A stretch of DNA of 49,522 bases, taken from Octopus sinensis (lineage: Eukaryota). The stretch lies in NCBI RefSeq assembly GCF_006345805.1, contig NW_021834371.1, positions 1-49,522 of the forward strand, in the 5' to 3' direction. Both the position numbers and the translations under genes were made by a program. Positions 37,912 to 49,522 of this stretch are shown in pieces. Under the pieces are notes generated by a model. That model saw only the letters and a program-made list of their open reading frames with translations, made no database searches and had not been told where the DNA came from. Within the stretch, counting starts at the first letter, position 1. Each line of letters starts with the position of its first letter.

Positions 37912-38124
37912 GGTGTGTATATATGTTTGTGTGTCTGTGTTTATCCCCTCAACATCTCTTGACAACCGATGGTGTTGTGTTTACATACCCGTAATCTAGC
38001 GGTTCGGCAAAAGACACCGATAGAATAAGTACTAGGCTTACAAAGAATAAGTTCTTGGGTCGATTTGGTATTTGCATGACCACACTCAAATGACTAAAAC
38101 AAGTAAAAGAGTAAAAGAGTAAGA
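37682..38124 (+). mobile_element. SINE-A, near full length
   Basis: taggagtggctatgtggtaag head, internal (TATG)/(TA)n, core cgatagaataagtactaggc, tail tgactaaaacaagtaaaagagtaaaagag. Confidence 0.9.
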
Positions 38125-38539
38125 GAGAGGAATGCCGTGTTTAGCAATAATTTCAATGCTAAGAAGACCTGAAGAAAGAGAATGACCATATTTTATAAGG
38201 AGATTATTCGAAGCACCATTTTAATAGAGTCTATGATATTTTATATGCTGAAAGAATCTGGTGTAATATCGCAATATAAATCAAATCTTTGCTTCTTTCA
38301 GTATTTTTCTCGCCCAAATTTCTGGCTCAGAACCAATAAATAGTTATTTCTTTTGTCTTTGTGATACATCTGTCAGAAATCTAACTCAGCCAAGAAGTTT
38401 AATTAAAATATTGGTTCCAGGAATGGTTTCGGTAGGAACTAATTTTCTGGTCGTCATCGTTGTTGTTGTTGTTGTTGATGTTCCTAATGTGATGGGCTGT
38501 TGTGGTTGTTCCAACACTAACCATATGCCTTTATGAAAT

Positions 38540-38900
38540 ACATATATAATATATATATATATAATATATATATATATATATTATATATATATACACACAC
38601 ATGTGTGTATGTATGTATGTATGTATGTATGTATGTATGTATGTGTGTGTGTATGTATGTATGTATGTGTGTGTGTATGCATGCATGCATGTATGTATGC
38701 ATGTATGTATGTATGTATGTATGCATGTATGTATGTGTGTATGCATGTGGGTTTATATATATACATGCGTACATATGTATATATATACACACACACACAC
38801 ATACACACACACACACATATATATACATATATATATAGACACACACACGCGCACACATTTGTTATATATATGCATTCATATATGCATCTATCTATCTATC

Positions 38901-38940
<40 letters not shown>

Positions 38941-38965
38941 TACATACATATATATATATGTATAA

Positions 38966-39036
<71 letters not shown>

Positions 39037-39232
39037 CATACATACATACACACACACATATATATATATACACATGGGTTTATATATATGCATTGCTACA
39101 TACATCTATATATATGCATATATGGGTTTATATGTACACATATAATATATGTGGGTGTATTTATACACCTATGCATTTATTATGCATACATGTGTACGTA
39201 TTCTATATAGCCGTTTATGTATGTGCGTGTAC

Positions 39233-39269
<37 letters not shown>

Positions 39270-39320
39270 GTTGTGTGTGTGTGCGTGTGTGTTTGTGGTA
39301 TGTGTGAGTGTGTGTATAGG
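38540..39320. repeat. (TA)n/(TATG)n/(CA)n/(TG)n microsatellite cluster
   Basis: Direct reading. Confidence 0.9.
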
Positions 39321-39730
39321 CAAGCTTCATGCGAGCATTACTGATCTCGATTATCAATTATTATTATCAATAATTTTTGAGTTTCTTCTTTCTTTCTTCG
39401 TCTCCCACCCTTTCCAACTTTCCAAGCTAATAAGCATGAACTTACGCTGTCTTGCTATTTTTTTTGTGCTTTTCCTTTGTCCTTCGATTCGAAACGCGGA
39501 GCAGATAAACCATGTACAACTGATGAAGGGAATGTTCTTTATGTTTCCGGTTTCATTTCTCTATTTGATTCTTTCGTTATTCGAAAATTAAAGTTCGTTT
39601 TCCATATTTTTGTCTTTTATGTTCTCATTTCTCATTTTGTTCACGTTTTTTTTACGTCCTGTACCCATATGTGCATGTTGTACATGCACATATGTACATA
39701 TATGGTATGTACATATATGTATGTATATGC

Positions 39731-39771
<41 letters not shown>

Positions 39772-39818
39772 CTATCTCTCTATCTATCTATCTACTATCT
39801 ATCTATCTCTCTCTCTCT

Positions 39819-39863
<45 letters not shown>

Positions 39864-40252
39864 ATATTATAATATATAACCAACGTATGTTGCTTTATGT
39901 CGGTGAGTGCTCAATACCAGTTGTAGAGGATCTAGATTCTTTTTAATGAAACCGAAACTGACAGCTCGTCTCTCTATTCGAGTTTCACGCATCTGCAATC
40001 TTCGGGCAAGAATTGTTACAACTTAGTATTGACGTTCTAGGTATACCTTTGGGGTGAGTTTGGGTGTGGTGCGTATGTGTTGTGCATGCATGTACGTATG
40101 TTTGTACGTCTGTATATTATATATATATATTATATATAATATATATATAATATATATATATATATGTATGTATATATGTGTGTGTGTGTGTTATATACAT
40201 ATGTGTGTGTTTATGTTTGTGTATCTGTCTTTGTCACCTCAACATCGATGAT

Positions 40253-40399
40253 CTTCTTTCAGTTCCCCTCTACCAAATCCACTCACAAGGCTCTGGTCGG
40301 TCCTGGGTTATAGCAGAAGACACTTGCCCAAGTTGCCACGTAGTGCAATTGAACCCGGAACCATGTGGCTGGGAAGCAAACTTTTTACCACACGGCCAT
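40253..40399 (-). mobile_element. SINE-A head fragment
   Basis: cttctttcagtt..ctaccaaatccactcacaaggc...gaacccggaaccatgtgg...ttttaccacacggcca is the reverse complement of the head. Confidence 0.85.
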
Positions 40400-41187
40400 A
40401 ACTTAGAAACAATTTTATCCGGCAGCGTAGCGATGGGTGATGCATTACTATTATATAACATTAATATTTTATAAATTATATGCTAATATCCTATCTTACT
40501 TTTCTGCTCCATATCATCAACATCCACATGCTAAATATTTTTTCTTAATTTCTTACACATCTTTATAAATTTGCATTTAATGTGTGACAATTATTGTTTA
40601 CACAGGTTTTTTTCTATATCAAAATATTATACAATCGTTCTAAAATCTTCCATTTTCTTTTTTTCTGACTTTTCTTATTAAACGAACCGTTTCTATAAGT
40701 TTTCTTTAAAAACCGTATAAAGTATAAGCGACGCATTCTCTTCTCGCTTACATTTTTACTTGCCTACATCTCTCATTTCTTCCTCTATTTTACAATTGCA
40801 TACATCGTTAATGGTATGTGTTTATTTATAAATCAATATATTATATTATCGCTTAACCCATTATATAATTTTCTTTTTTCTTCTCTTATCTCCTCTCTCT
40901 CACTCTCTCTATCTCTCTGTCTCTCTATTTTGGATTATTTTTTTATGACTTACGATTTTCCATACATTACTTCGTACTTCCTATCCGTAAAAAAAAATTT
41001 ATATCAACGCTAATTCAATCTAATCGCAATAACTAATCGAATTAGGAGATTATTTCAAAATGTTTTGCGATATTTCAACGTCTTCGTAAATCAGATGTAA
41101 ATAAATTCACGTCGATTGTTGACTCCACTAATGGCAGACACATCGAATGCTGAAACTTAGAAACGTCATGGTATAGGAAATCTCATT

Positions 41188-41231
<44 letters not shown>

Positions 41232-41250
41232 CGTGCGCGTGTGCATATAT

Positions 41251-41460
41251 TCTTTTATTCTTTTACTTGTTTCAGTCATTTGACTGCGGCCATACTGGAG
41301 CACCGATTTTAGTTGAACAAATGGACCCCAGGACATATTCTTTGTAAGCCTAGTACTTATTCTATCGGGCTCTTTTGTCGAACCAGTAAGTTACGGGGAA
41401 GTAAACACACCAGCATCGGTTGTCTAGCGATGTTGGGGTGACAAAGACAGATACTCAAAC
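41251..41460 (-). mobile_element. SINE-A 3' half with CR1-type tail
   Basis: Reverse complement ends ggtgctccagtatggccgcagtcaaatgactgaaacaagtaaaagaataaaaga. Confidence 0.88.
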
Positions 41461-41485
41461 AGAAAAGAATTATTACAAAAACTAT

Positions 41486-41855
41486 AAGCTGGCAGAATCG
41501 TTAGCACGCTAGACGAAAAGCTTAGCGGTATTTCGCCCGAGGTCAACTTTGCCTTTCATCCTTTCGGGGTCGATAAATTAAGTACCAGTTACGCACTGGG
41601 GTCGATATAATCGACTTAATCCGTTTGTCTGTCCTTGTTTGTCCTTTCTGTGTTTAGCCCCTTGTGGGTAGTAAAGAAATAGGTATTTCGCCCGAAGCTA
41701 TGTTCTGAGTTCAAATTCGGCCGAGGTTGACTTTGCCTTTCATCCTTTCGGGGTCAATAAATTAAGTACCAGTTGTGTACTGGGTTGATCTAATCGACTG
41801 GCTCCCTCCCCAAAAATTTTGGGCGTTGAGCCTCGAGCAGAAAATAATATTATTG
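41486..41855 (+). mobile_element. SINE-B (alternative tail) containing a 5'-truncated Tx1-tail SINE-B insert at 41541-41681
   Basis: Direct repeat ggtatttcgcccga at 41527-41540 and 41682-41695 flanks the insert; the host copy ends in ...ccctccccaaaaattttgggcgttgagcc. Confidence 0.85.
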
Positions 41856-41856
41856 T

Positions 41857-42085
41857 AAGGCAGCGAGCTGACAGAAACGTTAGCACGCTGGGCGAAATGC
41901 TTAGCAGAATTTCGTCTCTCTTTACGTTCTGAGTTCAAATTCGGCCGAGGTCGACTTTGCCTTTCATCCTTTCGGGGTCGATAAATTAAGTACCAGTTGC
42001 GTACTGGGGTTGATCTAATCGACTGCCCCCCCCCACCACTTTCTCAAAAATTTTGGGCCTTGTTCCTCTAGTAGAAACAATTAGT
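41857..42085 (+). mobile_element. SINE-B monomer with alternative tail
   Basis: aaggcagcgagctgacagaa head, core, tail ...ctcaaaaattttgggccttgttcctctagtagaaac. Confidence 0.85.
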
Positions 42086-42289
42086 AACGGTCTGAATTCT
42101 GTTGAACAATAATAACATATATTTAGAATACCTTTCGTCATATTCCACAGAATAAGTATATCCATTGAAGAATACCCCATACTTTAATTTCATGACAAAC
42201 AGCATTACTTTCACTAAAAAAAACTTAGCGGTGTTATGTGACAGACCTCTCGGCTTATGTACATCTCGACTTATGTGCGACGATATGTG

Positions 42290-42670
42290 CATCTGTGATC
42301 ACGAGCAGAAGTAGTGAGGGAGTATCATAGCCATGTGTTGAGAGGAATTCTTTGGAGTTTGAATAATTCACCTCTGGAAACATGGGTGTTTTGTTCAACA
42401 TCCTTGAACAACTGTTATTCAGGGACCTTTTGAGCGGGATGGGTTACTCGACCAGAAGAAAATTCTAACTGGGCCCCACCTGCAAGGTCATGCGCTGTTA
42501 ATCTTGATATGAGATCACCATGTCGCGCATATACGGTTGTGATGCATGTGCCTGGTTTATCCTTATCAGACGACTAGTCATGATGGGTATACTGGGCTTC
42601 ATATATTTGTACCCTAGTGTCACTTTGATGGCATACACCGCGCTCTCACTCAATGATGATAATAATAATA

Positions 42671-42707
<37 letters not shown>

Positions 42708-42796
42708 CACCAACATGAACTTCCAACTTGTTGTCGCTTGAGGTCTCTGGGTGAGACTTGGAGCCAACTTGTACAAATGTAAAGCAAAAGTCAAAC

Positions 42797-42840
<44 letters not shown>

Positions 42841-42849
42841 GCAGTAGTT

Positions 42850-42882
<33 letters not shown>

Positions 42883-42905
42883 TTAATAATAATAATAATA
42901 ATAAT
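42290..42905 (+). mobile_element. Two probable non-LTR retroelement 3' fragments, each ending in (ATA)n
   Basis: ...gtcactttgatggcatacaccgcgctctcactcaatgatg(ATA)n and ...gtcgcttgaggtctctgggtgagacttggagcc...aaagtcaaac(ATA)n; family assignment from recall only. Confidence 0.45.
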
Positions 42906-43789
42906 TCCTAGGATTGATAGAAGGCTAGAAGTTTGGTGGAAAGAACGATTTGTTGATTAAATTGATCTCGGTAACACTTGGCCACAGAAGAAAGAAAAGC
43001 AATGATACGATCGCAGAAAGATTTAAGTCGGAACGTAGATTCAAAGCGAAACACGGCAAAGCATTTTATCTTACGGTATAAAGATATTGCCAGTTCGTTG
43101 CTCAATTATGAAAAATATCAAATAGAAGAATCAACAGCAATATTAACAACAATAAACCATTAATTTATTTCACTGGTGTGAAACCATTATATTTTATTCA
43201 TTAAAGATATTTCAAATAACGTATATTATATATATATTAATATATAATATATTATATATATATATATATATATATAAGAAAGTTAAGAAGATAGAGCTTA
43301 GAAAATAATAACAAAACAAAGAGTATGTATAACATGTGTAAGTACAACAACAGTAACAACAACAACAACAACGATAACAACGACAACAACGAATGTTTCA
43401 ATGATGTGTAAAGTTCTTTTGTTGTCTGGATTTCATTATACGAGTACACTTCTTTTTCTTTTTCTTTCTTCTTTTTTTTCTTCTTTTGTTAAAAGGAGGC
43501 AGTCAGCTTACCAACAGAGATAAAGAAAACAAGAGACTATTTCTGAATATTTGCGTTTATTGAGAAAAGTTTAACAAATGAAAAAAAAAAAAAAAATTTC
43601 AACAAGTAGCATCGAAAAATAAAATTCAAACCAACAAAAAAAAAAAAATTGAAAAAACGAAAAAACCCAACAAATTACAAGAATCACTCAGTGATGATAA
43701 CATAACAATATATAATTATTTATATATATATGCGTGTGTCAATATATAGTGCTATACGTGTACATAGAGATATTACATGTATTCACGTA

Positions 43790-43830
43790 TCTGTATGTAT
43801 ATATTATGCTACAGAAGCATACATGCATAT

Positions 43831-43899
<69 letters not shown>

Positions 43900-43961
43900 T
43901 ATACATATATACATAATAAAAATACAGATCTATATATATGTATATATATATATTATATATG

Positions 43962-44003
<42 letters not shown>

Positions 44004-44014
44004 CATATACATAT

Positions 44015-44059
<45 letters not shown>

Positions 44060-44060
44060 C
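43790..44060. repeat. (TA)n microsatellite
   Basis: Direct reading. Confidence 0.95.
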
Positions 44061-44614
44061 ACATAAATGCAGATATAGATACGTATGCATCAATGTGGTT
44101 ATATCGGTGAACATAGATACCTACACTCATCTATATATGATTATATAGACCACGAAAGATATATATGCATACATGTATATACACTTGCATAAATAAATAT
44201 ATACATAAATAGATACATACACATACACACACTCACACGCACACATACACACACACATATATATATATAGGCATATATTTCCACACTAATATTGATATCA
44301 CTCGTGAGTGAGTGCCATGTGATAGTATTTTATTGCAATATAGAATAACAACTCGTTTTGTTTGCCAAATTAATATGAATGCTAATGCAACTAAAATGAT
44401 TGTTTTGTTATTAAATATATACATATGATTACCTATGTACAATGTGTCGTATGTGAATGGTATAGTACAAATGAAATTATAATTGTATGTTATATATATA
44501 TATATATATAAACTTATACACACGCAGAAAGCATAAATATATATCCAGACTTTGAAGGCTGAATATACCTATCATAGGGTATGTTTTTCTAAGAAATGCA
44601 GACATGCATATGTT

Positions 44615-44676
<62 letters not shown>

Positions 44677-44829
44677 TGATATCGAATTTATTAGCTGTAG
44701 AGTTTCATAAGTGATTGTGAAGCCTATACGCTCGTGCTATATGTATATACCTAAAATATGTATATATATTACATAGACATGTATATACATACACACACAT
44801 ACACACACACACACACACACCCACACACC

Positions 44830-44865
<36 letters not shown>

Positions 44866-45252
44866 TATATATTATATATATGTATGTATACGTATACACA
44901 TATATGTTTATATATATATATACTCATATATATATATAATACGTGTGTATGCATGTATATACATGCCTCTATATATGTTTATATCAATAAACATAAGGTC
45001 TATTATGTCTTTATGAAGTATTTATCTTTTGCAATGTCGACATGTGCATCTATATACTTCCGTTTTATTATTGTGTAAAAGTAAGCGCTAATTTATCGCT
45101 ATGGTCGCTGTAGTGATAATACCATTACATATAATAACAACAGTAATAATAATAATGAAGATGAACATGTAAATGATAATGATAATGATGATAATTATAA
45201 TGATGATGGTGATGATAATGTTGATGAACTCTTGTATTGGCATAAGGCCACA

Positions 45253-45306
<54 letters not shown>

Positions 45307-45370
45307 TGATAATAATAATAATAACAATAATAGATGATAATAATAATAATAACAATAATAAATAATAATA

Positions 45371-45595
45371 TTGGTGTTTGTTTTTAATTTAGGCACAAGG
45401 CCGGCAATATTGCGGGATGTGTGCTTTGTCGAATACATCGATTCCAGTTTGACTGGTGCCTTATTTTATTGATCCCGAAAAGATAAATGATAAAGTTAGT
45501 CTCGGTGAGATTCGAACTGAGAACGTAAAGAGCAGGAAGATATACCTCGAGGCATTTTGCTTGACTCTCTAACGCTTCTACAAGTTCGCAGCCCT
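45371..45595 (-). mobile_element. Degenerate SINE-B with a non-Tx1 tail
   Basis: ttattttattgatcccgaaaagat...gattcgaactgagaacg is a diverged core plus B box; tail ggccttgtgcctaaatt then (TAT)n. Confidence 0.65.
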
Positions 45596-45715
45596 AATAA
45601 TAATAGAAGTAGTAGTAGTAGCAGTAGTAATAATAATAACATTGATGATAATGATACTTAATAATAATAACCTTAAATATAACAATTATATTGATGAAGA
45701 TAATAATAATAATAA

Positions 45716-45920
45716 TGGCTTCAAATTTTGCCACAAGGGCAGCATTTTTGCATGAGGGATTACATCGACCCCAGTGTTCAACTGGTATTTATTTTATCGA
45801 CTCCGGCAGGATGAAAGGCAAAGTCGACCTCGGCGGAATTTGAACTCAGAACGCAAAGACGGACGAAATGCCGCTAAGCATTTTTCCCGGCGTGCTAACG
45901 ATTCTGCTAGCTCGCTGCTT
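45716..45920 (-). mobile_element. SINE-B with a third tail variant
   Basis: Head and core intact; the tail reads tccctcatgcaaaaatgctgcccttgtggcaaaatttgaagcc(ATT)n on the minus strand. Confidence 0.85.
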
Positions 45921-45931
45921 TAGTAATAATC

Positions 45932-45978
<47 letters not shown>

Positions 45979-46449
45979 TGTTTTTGCTACAAGGGATCAA
46001 CGTGGTGTGATAAGTACAAAGGTGATATGGAAAAAGAGGAAGAAAAACCAACAACAATGAGAATAACAAGAAATAGGGAAATTTTCCGTTAGTTAAAGGG
46101 CGAAGTCATCAATAAAATGGTAACGTAAATATATTAAAAATAATAATAAATAGCAATAAAAATAACAGTATAAAATAATATAGTATCAAAAAAAGTCTGT
46201 AAAATGTGAGTGAAAAGGGGCGTCAACTAAAATGTCTGATTCAGGGCAGCCACACTCGAAAGAAACAAACCCGGGTTACCCCTGGAGGTAGTACTTACAC
46301 TCGGTTCTTGTCACCAGTCTACAGCTTTGTCTTCTGTGTAAGGCCTGTTTAGCTCTGCCATTCCAACCATTCTCGTTCACTTCCACGGAATTTAATGGAG
46401 AGCAGCTAATCCCTTTATGCTTTCGCCTTCCTCATAACTGTCTCTAATC

Positions 46450-46640
46450 TAGGCATAAGACCAGCTATTTTGAGAGGGTAAGCTACTGAACCGGTACTTA
46501 ATTTTTATCGGGTTTAGTACTTTATTTCAGTATCCCGAAAGGATGAAAGACAAAGTTGACTCTGGTGGAATTTTAGCAGGGAACGTAAACTGCAACAAAT
46601 GACGAATCGGATTTTTTCCGGCGCTTTAACGTTTTGGACT
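46450..46640 (-). mobile_element. Degenerate SINE-B
   Basis: cccgaaaggatgaaagacaaagttgactctggtggaatttt matches the reversed core. Confidence 0.6.
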
Positions 46641-47044
46641 GTTTAACGTTCTTCACGTAATAATTGATTTTGATTTTGGCGCAAGGCCAACCGTTTTGAG
46701 AGATACTGTAACTTGGTAGTGGGTGGGGGGAATAGTCAGTAAAATTGACCTCAGTTTTGGGCTGATACAATTTTTTGCAACTCCGGATGGATAGAAGGCA
46801 AAAATCTCTCTCGTCGGGACCTGAAAACTGAATGTTAAGAACCATCAGAATCTAAACGTATGGTTTCTTTAAAAGAGTGTTTTTGAAAAAGGTCGCCCTC
46901 ACACGGCAGAGCAAAGCAATACTTTGGTGGAACTTGGAACTCGACATTAAGCAAGTAAGCGAGTGAACCTTGCATGAAAATATTAATTCAAATTTCTTTT
47001 GAATGCATACATATATGTACATATGTATATATATATATATGTAT

Positions 47045-47403
47045 ATATGAAAAACCAACGAAAATGCATATTGCAAATAGAAAAAGGCTATTTATGAGAG
47101 GTAACGACAAATATATACATTTAGATTGATTGAGGTAGTAATACGAGTCATAAAGGTCATTATTATGAGATGATTATAAGATGATAATAAAGTAAGAGAA
47201 CAAAACGAACGATGAATAGCCTTCGCGTAAACTATTGGTTCGTTTTGTTCTCTTACTTTATTATCATCTTATAATCATCTCATAATAATGACCTTTATGA
47301 CTCGTATTACTACCTCAGTCAATCTAAATGTATATATTTGTCGTTACCTGTCATAAATAGCCTTTTTCTATTTGCAATATGCATTTTCGTTGATTTTTCA
47401 TAT
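47045..47403. repeat. Foldback hairpin, 166-bp arms, 27-nt loop
   Basis: 47045-47210 and 47238-47403 are reverse complements with 3 mismatches by my reading. Confidence 0.95.
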
Positions 47404-47651
47404 TTTACCCTTACATTTCTGCGTGTATTTTATATTTTCTTTTCTTTTCGTAACATATTCTACTATATATATATATATAATATATATATTATATATATAT
47501 ATATATATGTTATATATATATATATATATATATCTATATATATATAATATATATATATATATGTATGTATTTATACACGTATGTGTAATGTATATAGATA
47601 TGCATATACATGTATATATATATGTGTGTGTTTGAGTGTGTGTATGTGAAC

Positions 47652-47690
<39 letters not shown>

Positions 47691-47954
47691 ACATATATAC
47701 TATATATATATTATATATATACTATATACTAACTTTGTTCATGGTAGGGGAGCGTTGTTTGAAAATCGGACTGCGTGGGACAAAAGATGGATGAGAAATA
47801 CTGCTAGAATTATGATATAATACTGTATAGAAGTTTTTTATGAGTAAGAAAAAACGTAAATGTTGCAGGGTGGTTGAGGTTTTGTGAAAATATGGTTTTG
47901 GACTCAAATTTTGGACACTTGTAGGAGGATAAAAATCCTTTCCGAGTTATGTAG

Positions 47955-48180
47955 ATTCACAGGAGCCGGTTTCCCGGTCTCATGGCGTATATATATATAT
48001 ATATTCTCCTCCTGGACGGGACGCCGACCGTCGCAGGGTTACTCATGTTTGCCAGCTGAGTGGACTGGAGCAACGTGAAGTGACGTGTGTTGCTCAAGAA
48101 CACAACGGAATTGAAACCACAATCAAACTATCTCATGATCATGAGTCCAACACCGTACCCACTAAGCCACGCGCCTCCAC
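47955..48180 (-). mobile_element. Third tRNA-derived SINE (SINE-C), V-domain-like body
   Basis: The minus strand reads gtggaggcgcgtggcttagtgg (A box)...ggtttcaattcc (B box)...aaccctgcgacggtcggcgtcccgtccagg...agaccgggaaaccggc; the V-SINE resemblance is from recall. Confidence 0.75.
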
Positions 48181-48849
48181 ACTCATTTGTTTGACGAAGA
48201 ACAATAACATCAGCAGTAGGAACAACAATAAATTACAACAAAAATTGAAACAAAACAACAACAATGCCTTCAACCAAGGAAGAAGGTCTGTAACGAGATA
48301 GTCGTTCGACTTGCTGGAAATAGAAGCCAAAGTTTCCTCAAATCACTCACCTTGTCTTGCGAAAACGTAGGAAACATTGGAAAGCGTGGCCAATGATAGG
48401 CAGTAATTAATAGAAAGGAGTAATGGTCATGGTAGGAACGTCTTTGACCATGGTTATGTTCGATCAGGAATGACCAGGTTTTGTACAACAATAACAACAC
48501 AAAAAAGAACAACAACAAGAATAATGATGAAAACATCAATATCCAAAACAAGAGATGATTAATGTAGTGTGTTATTTTTGTTATTTATTTTATTTTATTA
48601 TAATAATTGAATTTGACAGAAAAGATTAAACAAAAAAAGAAAACATTAAAAACAAAAAAATGATAATAATAATAATAATAAAAAAATTGTGATTGGTTTA
48701 CAAAGAAAATATCTCAATGTTTAAATTTTCTTTGATAGAGAACAGAGAAATTGTTTCCCTTGGTGTGGACAACCAAATCTCAGGGATATATATATATATA
48801 AAAGTTTCAAGTGTATATGTATGTTTTATAGATGCATCTGTATAATGTA

Positions 48850-48857
48850 ATATACAT

Positions 48858-48888
<31 letters not shown>

Positions 48889-49134
48889 TCTATATATATA
48901 TATTATATATATATATATATATAGATATATATATATAATAATATATATATATATTATATATATATGCATATATATACATACATATGTATACATATATATA
49001 TATGCTATCCATGTATGTATATATATTATGTATGTATGTATATATATATATATATATGTAAATATGTCTCGTGGCTGATTATGTACTTGCGTATTTATGT
49101 GTATACAAACGTGCATGTATTTATATGTATGTAT

Positions 49135-49183
<49 letters not shown>

Positions 49184-49296
49184 TACATATATATTTTATA
49201 TATACATATAAATATATATATATACATACATATATATGTATGCAATATATATATATATATTGTGTTTACACACATGTATATTAGACTATGTATATA

Positions 49297-49338
<42 letters not shown>

Positions 49339-49390
49339 TATATATATATACACTATATATACATATATATACATATATTAATATATATGT
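48850..49390. repeat. (TA)n-rich microsatellite cluster
   Basis: Direct reading. Confidence 0.9.
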
Positions 49391-49522
49391 TTTTTTGTGG
49401 TAATGTATATATTAATATAATTTCAATATTTAATCACATTGCAACAAATATTGTACAGTAAAAAAGATAATTATTGATATAAACAAGAGAAATGTATTGA
49501 TTGAGGTGTGAATTGGAAAAGA

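Noticed and set aside
46299-46445. Possible minus-strand exon (YEEGESIKGLAALPLNSVEVNENGWNGRAKQALHRRQSCRLVTRTE) ending at a GTAAGT donor
   Set aside because: The acceptor lacks a polypyrimidine tract, I recognise no homology, and no partner exons are evident. RNA-seq would be needed to support it.
47045-47403. Hairpin arm mismatches as fossil A-to-I editing
   Set aside because: Only three mismatches, and transitions are the commonest ordinary mutations, so there is no discriminating power.

Overview
AT-rich, microsatellite-dense eukaryotic DNA in which I recognise no host protein-coding exon. The SINE, LINE and MITE families match what I recall of octopus (cephalopod) genomes; that assignment is inference. 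Contents: four 5'-truncated Tx1/L1-clade LINE copies, a near full-length but broken CR1-group LINE (~18.2-21.4 kb), an old RTE LINE with nested elements, three tRNA-type SINE families, three MITEs (hAT, Tc1-like, unclassified), two near-perfect hairpins, and a ~11.5 kb purine-rich 58/59-bp satellite (21.5-33.1 kb). Most interesting is a Tx1 LINE/SINE pair. One SINE subfamily carries the ~42-nt 3' end of the Tx1 LINE, has 13-14 bp TSDs, and appears to insert at one fixed site (GC^GGTATTTCG) inside other copies of its own family, building multimers. The Tx1 copies themselves sit in (TATC)n tracts in one orientation. The satellite has a dyad motif in every unit, symmetric layering and higher-order repeats. 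Most ORFs in the track are artefacts of simple repeats.
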